Positions 1-6,911 of a stretch of 11,551 nucleotides of DNA are shown here, piece by piece (position 1 is the first letter of the stretch; each line of letters opens with the position of its first letter). The position numbers and the translations under genes are program-made. The DNA comes from Candidatus Micrarchaeia archaeon. Its GTDB lineage: Archaea > Micrarchaeota > Micrarchaeia > Micrarchaeales > CABMGC01. The notes under the pieces are model-generated. The model was not told the origin of the DNA. It worked only from the letters and a program-made list of their open reading frames with translations, and made no database searches. Location: positions 1 through 11,551 of the forward strand of contig JBMFHL010000022.1 in assembly GCA_049976845.1 (NCBI GenBank), given 5' to 3'.

Positions 1-1
1 G

Positions 2-475
2 GCGTTCTACCCTGGGGATTTCACGTTCGTGTGTGCGACAGACCTTGAAGCATTGACAGACAAATACAAAGATTTTGAAAAGAGCAATGCAGTGATCTTC
101 GCAATAAGCACCGACAGCATCTACTCCCATAAAGCTTGGTCAGATACCTCTCCAAGAGTTAGCAAGAGCCCGATACCTTTGATAGAAGACTATAAGAAGG
201 CAGTTTCAAGGGAATACGGCTTCCTGAACGAGGAGAGCGGAGCAGCAAGGAGGGGATTGCTCATAATAGATCCGGAAGGAAAGCTGCAGTACCACGCGGT
301 ATTCAATGACGCACTTGGTAAAGATGTTGAGCACATATATAATGCACTGCAGGGCCTTAAGTATATACACGACGCCTCAGCAAAGAAAGGCCACATATGT
401 GTAATACCGGCAAACTGGAAGCCAGGAAAGAAGGCTTTGGATATAGATGTAGTAAAGGATATAGGCAAGCTGTAG
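2..475 (+). CDS. ahpC: Peroxiredoxin (AhpC/TSA family), 5'-truncated by the window edge
   Basis: The frame is open from nt 2 and reads AFYPGDFTFVCATD, giving the PxxxTxxC peroxidatic motif. Also ISTDSIYSHKAW, the catalytic Arg region RGLLIIDPEG and C-terminal PANWKPG. The ORF-track start at 29 is an internal Val. Confidence 0.93.
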   Translation, partial: AFYPGDFTFVCATDLEALTDKYKDFEKSNAVIFAISTDSIYSHKAWSDTSPRVSKSPIPLIEDYKKAVSREYGFLNEESGAARRGLLIIDPEGKLQYHAVFNDALGKDVEHIYNALQGLKYIHDASAKKGHICVIPANWKPGKKALDIDVVKDIGKL

Positions 476-480
476 CAAGC

Positions 481-515
481 TCTTATTATTTTTTTATTTA
501 CCTTCTTTTTCTTTT
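481..515 (+). terminator. T-rich tract after the peroxiredoxin stop; putative archaeal oligo(T) terminator
   Basis: TCTTATTATTTTTTTATTTACCTTCTTTTTCTTTT follows the TAG at a convergent gene junction. Confidence 0.45.
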
Positions 516-809
516 AACGTCTCTCTCCATGCTAAGCTTTATCTTGAATCCTATCTCAGCGAAGCCGTCTATTAACTTCTCATAGTGAGAGAGCACTACA
601 AGTGCCAAGAACAGCACAACGCTTATAAGAACCTCAACAGTAAGAGAATAATTTAGATAAAGCAGTATCTGGTTTAGCTGCCCTTTGTAAATGTTCACTG
701 AAACAAGCGTGACTATTGCTATAGCCGCATCTAGCCCCAGCGAGCCATAGGCGACGTATTCAAGAAGCTTCTTCAGCCTCTCTATCCTCTTGAGTTCCTT
801 GTAAAGCAT
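498..809 (-). CDS. Small hypothetical membrane protein (two TM helices, basic C-terminal tail)
   Basis: Two hydrophobic segments (YVAYGSLGLDAAIAIVTLVSV; LLYLNYSLTVEVLISVVLFLALVVL). ATG 809 is preferred over 851 because a TTTAAAA box (833-839) lies about 24 nt upstream. Confidence 0.65.
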   Translation of the reverse strand: MLYKELKRIERLKKLLEYVAYGSLGLDAAIAIVTLVSVNIYKGQLNQILLYLNYSLTVEVLISVVLFLALVVLSHYEKLIDGFAEIGFKIKLSMERDVKRKRR

Positions 810-895
810 ATCTGAAAATTTGTTGCTAAAGATTTTAAATCTTCTCTGCATTTGGGGTATTCCACTATTGAAATAAGCCTAAGCCGGTTTGGAAT

Positions 896-1579
896 TCAAT
901 CAATGACACTTGAGCCCTTGTGCCTCTTTAAATCTATTGCGCGCCCGAGATCTAATATATTGTCATCTACAAATTCTACCCTTATATTTGATCTTGTTGC
1001 TATCTTGCTCGCAACAATGTCAAAAACAAATGGAGCTTTGGCTTCGCGCGTGTCATACTTAGAAGCAAGCTCACACATCCTCTCGTGGGAGATGCGCAGG
1101 AGCCTTTTTGAGCCTTTCCCATTTGGATCCCTGTCGTAAACATACGCATCCCTGCTCACGTTGATGAGCATGCTGCCTTTCACAGCCTCGCAGCTTATTG
1201 CAGAAACTGCGTCAGTTGTCATGCCAGGCATGAAGCCGCATGCAAAAACAATTCTATATTTGGAATTAGCATTCTTGACTTCATCTACGCTTGAGGCTAT
1301 TCCTGTATAAATGTCGTCTCCGCTGAATATCGACTTCACCGCAGTTGCATTCACTCTTGTGAACGCTATGCCAAGCTCGTCTAATTCATATTCGCTCACG
1401 CCTAAGCTTCTTAGCGTTTTTATGTACTGCCTATTTGTATAGCCCCCTCCAACTACAATCACAAATCTAATCTGCTTGTGCCTCTCTATCACTCTGCGAA
1501 GCTCCATTATATACTTATAATTGAGCCCTTCTTCTTTTGCTATCACGCTGCCTCCCAAAGAGATGCATACGGTTTGCAT
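896..1579 (-). CDS. pyrH: Uridylate (UMP) kinase, archaeal type
   Basis: MQTVCISLGGSV, VVGGG, LDELGIAFTRVNA, GFMPGMTTDAVSA, VYDRDP, FDIVASKI. Start placed at ATG 1579 (227 aa), with a TATA box about 23 nt upstream. Confidence 0.92.
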   Translation of the reverse strand: MQTVCISLGGSVIAKEEGLNYKYIMELRRVIERHKQIRFVIVVGGGYTNRQYIKTLRSLGVSEYELDELGIAFTRVNATAVKSIFSGDDIYTGIASSVDEVKNANSKYRIVFACGFMPGMTTDAVSAISCEAVKGSMLINVSRDAYVYDRDPNGKGSKRLLRISHERMCELASKYDTREAKAPFVFDIVASKIATRSNIRVEFVDDNILDLGRAIDLKRHKGSSVID

Positions 1580-1601
1580 GATTCTAATTAAAATGTCAAA
1601 C

Positions 1602-1609
1602 TTTAAATA
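1602..1609 (-). promoter_or_regulatory. Putative TATA box for a leaderless pyrH transcript
   Basis: Minus-strand TATTTAAA 23-30 nt upstream of ATG 1579. Confidence 0.55.
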
Positions 1610-1813
1610 CATTTGATTTTTTTTAAGTTGCAATGCACTTGCAGGCATTGCCCCCAAAAACCTCGTTTTGAAAAAGCATAACCCAAGCAATAGGCCCTTC
1701 AAGTTATCCAAGTTGAATATCTCTTAAGTACCTTCCTGGACCTTTTGGGCGTAGCTTGGCTCTAGGGGATATTCTGGAAGCTATACGCATCAACAACACC
1801 CGTAAATTGTTAT

Positions 1814-2860
1814 CTATTTGACTGATTTTTCCAATAACCTGAACCTTTTTCTGTGTGGATCAACTTCCGCAATTGCTCCTATTGGCAGAATCAGCTTTGG
1901 GTCGGTATGCCCAAAATCCATGTTGGTCACTAATGGAATGTCGCCAACCCCGAATTCCAGTTTCAGCACAGATTGTACTTTATCTTCCATTCTTGTCTTT
2001 TCTTCCATAGAATAACCTGACGGTATAGCAATAAGCAAAGCGGCTATCCTTTCGAGTATTCCTTGGCTGCCGTAATTTCTAACCCAATATTTTACCGTAT
2101 CAGGTGAAGGCTTTTCTTCTGAGGTTTCCAAGAACAATATCTTTCCGTTCCAAAAATCGTTGCTGGGCCAGAAGTGCGTTCCTTTCATGAATTCAAGAAC
2201 ATCTGCGCAGCCTCCAAAAAGCCTGCCCTTAACTGCCTTTTTCCCCTGCAGCCAATGCCATCCTTCATTTTTGTGCCTTTTATTTATCTTTCCTACGTTA
2301 CCCTTCTCCGCCCATTCAGGATAGCCGTCCGACCAGAAAGGGAAACTTTTGTACTCATATCCCTCTTTTGGCTTGAAAAGCAGGCTTCTTATCATATCCA
2401 AAAAAGAGCTAGGAAATCTTTCTGTTTGTGAAAGTCCTGCCATTACTGTAGGTCCATAATATGTCATAAGCCCTGTTCTGAGATGTATATAATCCAAAAA
2501 GGTAGTTGAATCTGACAAGCCCATTATGATCTTAGGATTCTTCTTTATCTTTTTCATATCTAAGTAATCCAATATCCTTACGGAATCGTCACCGCCTATG
2601 CTTACAATTATTGCTTTGACCTCTTTGTCAGCAAAAGCGTTGTTTATATCCTCTGCCCTTTCGCGCGGATGCATGTAAAGATAATCATTGCTTTTCCTTG
2701 CAGTATCATACTCCTTAACTTCGAGACCGAGGTGCTTTCTTATCATGTCAAGCCCGTGCTCGTATATGTGCGGAAATCTCTCCGGAACTCCCTCTGAAGG
2801 TGAAACTATAGCTACTGTGTCACCTTCGCTGAGCCTTTTCGGTTTTATAACACGCATCAT
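1814..2860 (-). CDS. S66 family serine peptidase (LD-carboxypeptidase / microcin C immunity MccF-like), copy 1
   Basis: KPKRLSEGDTVAIVSPS, RERAEDINNAFAD, IGGDDS, nucleophile GLSDSTT, FLETSEE (Glu), DFGHTDP (His). Start is probably MMRVIKP (2860 or 2857) rather than 2908. Confidence 0.92.
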   Translation of the reverse strand: MMRVIKPKRLSEGDTVAIVSPSEGVPERFPHIYEHGLDMIRKHLGLEVKEYDTARKSNDYLYMHPRERAEDINNAFADKEVKAIIVSIGGDDSVRILDYLDMKKIKKNPKIIMGLSDSTTFLDYIHLRTGLMTYYGPTVMAGLSQTERFPSSFLDMIRSLLFKPKEGYEYKSFPFWSDGYPEWAEKGNVGKINKRHKNEGWHWLQGKKAVKGRLFGGCADVLEFMKGTHFWPSNDFWNGKILFLETSEEKPSPDTVKYWVRNYGSQGILERIAALLIAIPSGYSMEEKTRMEDKVQSVLKLEFGVGDIPLVTNMDFGHTDPKLILPIGAIAEVDPHRKRFRLLEKSVK

Positions 2861-2932
2861 ATCAACTATCTCTTCGAAAATATTATTATTGCTTTTGTAC
2901 AATACCATGCAATATATTAAAATAAGGATAAA

Positions 2933-3005
2933 TGGGCCCGCGGAGAATCGGACTCCGGGTCTCCGCCTTGTGAAGGCGGCGTCTTAACCACTCGACTACG
3001 AGCCC
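2933..3005 (-). tRNA. tRNA-Val (anticodon CAC), intronless, CCA not encoded
   Basis: Cloverleaf: acceptor GGGCTCG/CGGGCCC plus discriminator A; D arm GTCG..AGAC; anticodon arm CCGCC-TTCACAA-GGCGG; T arm CGGAG-TCCGATT-CTCCG; 73 nt. Confidence 0.93.
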
Positions 3006-3027
3006 ACTACTCAATTTACAAAAACAA

Positions 3028-3039
3028 AATTAATAAATG
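3028..3039. promoter_or_regulatory. AT-rich TATA element probably shared by the divergent tRNA-Val and adenosyltransferase genes
   Basis: ATTAATAAAT (minus strand TTTATTAAT) lies about 25-30 nt from both the tRNA 5' end (3005) and ATG 3067. Confidence 0.45.
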
Positions 3040-3066
3040 TGTAGTGCATTATCTAATTGTTTTGAA

Positions 3067-3606
3067 ATGGCAAGGTTCTATACTGGCAATGGTGACAACG
3101 GTACGACCAATCTGATGAGCTTCGGAAACGTCCCAAAAGACGACCCACTTCTTGTCGCAATAGGTTCTGTAGATGAACTCAATAGCAGTATAGGCGTTGC
3201 GCTTTTTTATTTGAGAAATGAGCGCATAAGAAGAGAGCTCATAAGTGTACAGAACGAGCTTTTTATAATGGGTGCTGACTTGGCATGCACGCTCACTAAA
3301 AAGAAATCAAAGTCTGTATCAAAGGAGCACGTAGAAAGGTTGGAGAAGAGCATAGACGAATTGGGTGCAGTCGTAGGGGATTTGAAGAAATTTGTGCTTC
3401 CTGGGGGCAGCGAGGCTGCAGCGCATCTGCAGTTCTGCAGATCAATTGCAAGGCGCGCCGAGCGTGACATAGTTAGTGCAGCAAAGAAATACACTATAAG
3501 CAAAGAAGTACTAAGGTATTCAAACAGGCTTTCCTCTTTTCTTTTCGTTGCGGCTCTGTACATAAACAAAAATGAGGGTATAGAAGAGACGCATCCGATT
3601 TATTGA
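3067..3606 (+). CDS. ATP:cob(I)alamin adenosyltransferase, PduO/MMAB type
   Basis: FYTGNGDNGTT, GSVDELNSSIG, VQNELFIMGADLA, FVLPGGS, RSIARRAER, NRLSSFLF are the PduO-family motifs. Confidence 0.93.
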   Translation: MARFYTGNGDNGTTNLMSFGNVPKDDPLLVAIGSVDELNSSIGVALFYLRNERIRRELISVQNELFIMGADLACTLTKKKSKSVSKEHVERLEKSIDELGAVVGDLKKFVLPGGSEAAAHLQFCRSIARRAERDIVSAAKKYTISKEVLRYSNRLSSFLFVAALYINKNEGIEETHPIY

Positions 3607-3690
3607 GTTCTTAGCAAAGGTTTCTCCAACCCTTCTTGAATTAAAAAACATGGCGCATTGCACATTGCATTAACTTGTCGCGATATAAAA

Positions 3691-4146
3691 TCAGCTTGTC
3701 ACGAAATACTCCTTGAACTTCAACGTGGTATATATTTTTTTGCTCCTGCCTGCCTTCTTAGTCTCAATGAACTCTTTCTCTGCAAGCTCCTTCGCATATG
3801 CATAAGTTGTATCGCCGAATATCTTTACAAGCTCGCTCTGCAAAACACCGTTGTTCTTGCTTATGTACGCAAGTATCCTTAGTGCGCCCCTGCTTATGTC
3901 GGGGCCCGTTGCCAAGGCACTCACCTTGCTAGCATATGGCTCCTTGAGTGAGAACATGTACTTGCCCCCTATCTCGGCTATCTCTATGGCAGTGCTCCTC
4001 GCATTGTATTCGCTTGCCAGCTCCTTGACAAGCTCCTCCACTTTTCCAGGAGAAGCTAGCCCTATTATATTGGCTATCTCGTTTACGCTCAGCGCGTTCT
4101 GCGACATGAACAATGCTGCCTCTATAAGCATCTTGTAGTCTTCCAT
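3691..4146 (-). CDS. scpB: Segregation and condensation protein B (kite subunit)
   Basis: IEAALF, ELASEYNARSTAIEIAEIGGKYMF, ALRILAYI, YTTLKFKEYF; tandem winged helices. ATG 4146 lies 4 nt after the scpA stop. Confidence 0.92.
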   Translation of the reverse strand: MEDYKMLIEAALFMSQNALSVNEIANIIGLASPGKVEELVKELASEYNARSTAIEIAEIGGKYMFSLKEPYASKVSALATGPDISRGALRILAYISKNNGVLQSELVKIFGDTTYAYAKELAEKEFIETKKAGRSKKIYTTLKFKEYFVTS

Positions 4147-4150
4147 CCAA

Positions 4151-4858
4151 TCAATTTGCAAGCGCAACTATTATTTCGCCAAAGAACTCTTCCTGCATCA
4201 GCAGTATCCTGTTCCTATGCGTTAAATACAATAGCGGTATAAATAAGCTTGTTAGTATATCCTTCCCCAACGTTGCCTTTGCCAATACCGAGAAAGTTGT
4301 CATGCCCTTCCTGTCTATATTTTTGTTTATAAGTGCGTAAATCCTTTCAAGCTCTACTTCAATATCCTTGCTTTCGAATTTCAAAGGCATCTCAACGATT
4401 TCGCTATCCCTCTTCCGCTCCTTTATCTCCTTGAGCTTCATCGCCTCGTCAAGCGCGGCTATAAGCTCGTTCAAAGTCACCTTCCTTTTTGGAGGAACCC
4501 TAAGCCTAAACGACAAGGGCTCAATGCTTGGGCTCATGCGCGGTGCCTCCGCCTCTTCATCTACATTGTTTTCAATCTCGAAATGGAGCGCCTCGCTCTT
4601 GAACCTGAGCAGTATGGAAGCGGCAAGTATTATGTTTGCAGGTATGCGCAAATCCATTATCTTTAGTGTTTTTACCGCTTCTATGTATTTGTCTACTATA
4701 TCTACAATATCAACATTCCATGGGTCAAGCTTATTCTTCTTTACAAGCTCTACAAGCAGGTCTTTCCATGTGCCCTCGCTCACAAAATTGCCAAGGTCTA
4801 TGCTCGATTCGGTTGTCTGTATCTGTATCTGCAAAGGAGTTCCTTCCATGGTCGCCAC
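4151..4858 (-). CDS. scpA: Segregation and condensation protein A (kleisin)
   Basis: LDPWNVDIVDIVDKY, ILAASILLRFKSEAL, VTLNELIAALDEA, FIPLLYL..QEEFFGEI. Start is GTG 4858 or ATG 4849. Confidence 0.92.
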   Translation of the reverse strand: MATMEGTPLQIQIQTTESSIDLGNFVSEGTWKDLLVELVKKNKLDPWNVDIVDIVDKYIEAVKTLKIMDLRIPANIILAASILLRFKSEALHFEIENNVDEEAEAPRMSPSIEPLSFRLRVPPKRKVTLNELIAALDEAMKLKEIKERKRDSEIVEMPLKFESKDIEVELERIYALINKNIDRKGMTTFSVLAKATLGKDILTSLFIPLLYLTHRNRILLMQEEFFGEIIVALAN

Positions 4859-4938
4859 ATTAAAACTCTATGCGGTGAAATAATAAATAACTTTCTTTTA
4901 TGAAAGGGATTTAAACTATGTTGACCTAAAACAAAAGC

Positions 4939-5922
4939 GTGACAATTATATCTAATAAGCTCGCAAAGGGCGACAAGGTAGCAGTTGTGGCTCCTGCGAA
5001 TAGCCTTTCTGTAATAAAGGAGTCAATCATAGCCACAGCAAAGCGTAGGCTTGCAGAGCTTGGATTAGAAGTTGTGATATCAGAGCATGCCTATGAAATT
5101 GACGATTTCAAGTCTTCAAGAATAGAATCAAGGATAGAAGATCTGCACTGGGCATTCTCGGATAAGAGCATAAAAGGCATACTTGCTGCCATAGGAGGAT
5201 TCAACAGCAACCAACTGCTCAGTTATATCGACTATGATATGATTGCAAAAAATCCAAAACCCTTCTGCGGTTATTCGGATATAACCGCGCTCGGGAATTC
5301 GTTACTCGCTAAATCGGGTTTAGTAACATACAGTGGTCCGAGTTTCTCCATTTTCGGAATGGAAAAAGGGCTTGATTACACCTTAGAATACTTCAAAAAA
5401 TGCCTCATGGAAAGCAAACCATACGAGATTGTTGCATCAAATGAATGGAGCGACGACAAGTGGTACAGAGACCAAGAAAACAGGATATTTATAAGAAACG
5501 AAGGCTACAAAGTAATTCACGAAGGTGTTGCCAAAGGCATGGTCATCGGTGGCAATCTAAACACATTTAATCTATTGCAAGGCACTGGGTATATGCCAAA
5601 CCTAAGCAACTCAATACTTTTTATCGAAGATGACTATGAATCTAATCCAGCTACATTTGACAGAGACCTGCAATCGCTGATACACCAGCCTGGTTTTGAT
5701 GGCGTGAAAGGAGTGGTTATAGGGAGATTTCAAAAAGCCTCTGAAATGAGTTTCAGCATGTTGTCAAAAATAATCAACGCCAAGAAAGAGCTGAAAGATA
5801 CGCCAGTAATATGCGATGTAGACTTCGGGCATACAACGCCGCAAGCCACCTTCCCAATTGGAGGCATAGCGAATATCACTGCTGATAAATCAGGCGCAAA
5901 GATAAAAATAATACAGCACTAA
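4939..5922 (+). CDS. S66 family serine peptidase (MccF-like), copy 2
   Basis: KLAKGDKVAVVAPA, IGGFNSNQLL, GYSDIT (Ser), GGNLNTF, LFIEDD (Glu), DFGHTTP (His). GTG start with TTTAAA at 4910-4915, about 24 nt upstream. Confidence 0.93.
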   Translation: MTIISNKLAKGDKVAVVAPANSLSVIKESIIATAKRRLAELGLEVVISEHAYEIDDFKSSRIESRIEDLHWAFSDKSIKGILAAIGGFNSNQLLSYIDYDMIAKNPKPFCGYSDITALGNSLLAKSGLVTYSGPSFSIFGMEKGLDYTLEYFKKCLMESKPYEIVASNEWSDDKWYRDQENRIFIRNEGYKVIHEGVAKGMVIGGNLNTFNLLQGTGYMPNLSNSILFIEDDYESNPATFDRDLQSLIHQPGFDGVKGVVIGRFQKASEMSFSMLSKIINAKKELKDTPVICDVDFGHTTPQATFPIGGIANITADKSGAKIKIIQH

Positions 5923-5985
5923 TACTCTTTCACATTGAGTTTTCAAAAGCGATAAAAAGATTGGCTCTGAATAATAACAGATACC

Positions 5986-6813
5986 ATGCTTTTTCTGTGT
6001 GAAATGCTAGTGCTCTTCGCTACAGCATTATTTGTAGGCATAATTGGAAATCTCGTTGGCATAGGCGGCGGAGTGCTCATAATGGTAATACTTCTTTTCG
6101 GATTCAAGATGCAGCCTGTTGTTGCAGGAGGCCTGAGCCTCCTTACAATCCTTGCAAGCGCAAGCGTAGGCACCTTGTCCAATATAAGGCAAAAGGCTCT
6201 GAGCAGAACCCTCTTTGCGCTGATTTCAGTTTTCGCAGGCATCGGCGTTCTTGTCGGTTCAGTAATCCCCTACTACCTGAATACCAAGTCATTTGAGACA
6301 CTTTTTGGTTTTGTTAGCATTGGCATAGGCCTCTTTTCGATATATGCAACGCAGAGAGATATAAAGAATCTTGCAGGCATTAGCAAGAGCTTTAGCTCAT
6401 TGAGCGAAGCTGAAAGGGAGCATGCAAAGGAGAATATAAGGGGAAAGCCTAAAATAGGAATATACTCGTTTGTTGCGGGCCTTGTGGCAGGGATTTTTGG
6501 CATAGGCATAGGAGGCATAGTGGGCACATACCTTACCGCGATAAAAAAGATACAGCCTAAGGTTGCATTCTCAACCGTTCTGGCAGCAATGATTGTAACC
6601 TCTGTATTAGGGTCTTATGCACATCTTTTCTCAATTAAGAACGGTGCAGCAATGCTTGGCATAATTTTGTCATTGGCAATAGGTGTAGGTATAGGGGCCC
6701 TTGTAGGCTCGCACCTCTCTATGCTAGTAAAAAGCAGCAAGCTAAGGTTTGCGCAAGGCTATATTATACTTGGCTTAGGCATAATTGCAGTGATTTTCTC
6801 CTTTATCATGTAA
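5986..6813 (+). CDS. TauE/SafE (TSUP) family sulfite-exporter-like membrane protein
   Basis: About 8 TM helices in two repeats with the signature Gly motifs GNLVGIGGGVL and AGIFGIGIGGI. Start may be 5986 or 6004. Confidence 0.85.
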   Translation: MLFLCEMLVLFATALFVGIIGNLVGIGGGVLIMVILLFGFKMQPVVAGGLSLLTILASASVGTLSNIRQKALSRTLFALISVFAGIGVLVGSVIPYYLNTKSFETLFGFVSIGIGLFSIYATQRDIKNLAGISKSFSSLSEAEREHAKENIRGKPKIGIYSFVAGLVAGIFGIGIGGIVGTYLTAIKKIQPKVAFSTVLAAMIVTSVLGSYAHLFSIKNGAAMLGIILSLAIGVGIGALVGSHLSMLVKSSKLRFAQGYIILGLGIIAVIFSFIM

Positions 6814-6911
6814 ATGAATCTACAAAACGCTTGAATAGGAATAAATTTATTTGTAGCAATATCCTATGTGTTGCTTGCGCGAGTAAGCATTCATGTCAAT
6901 TGGGTGAGCTG

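Noticed and set aside
1580..1711. 44-aa N-terminal extension of pyrH in the ORF track
   Set aside because: TTG start, runs through a TATA box and an A-tract; family homology begins at MQTVCISLGGS.
1728..1746. Minus-strand AGGUCCAGGAAGG resembling SRP RNA helix 8
   Set aside because: Lacks the flanking CAGG/AGCAG symmetric loop and the GC-rich long helices of SRP RNA.
2933..2945. tRNA 3' end as an integration (att) site
   Set aside because: No long duplicate of the tRNA end (only a 7-nt GGGCCCG match near 3902) and no integrase in the window.
3656..3669. CATTGCA tandem repeat between convergent genes
   Set aside because: Only two 7-nt units, compatible with chance; not CRISPR-like.
6831..6911. 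Cys-rich N-terminal extension of the ALDH (looks like a Zn-binding motif)
   Set aside because: TTG start, overlaps the promoter and hairpin; the SD supports ATG 6912.
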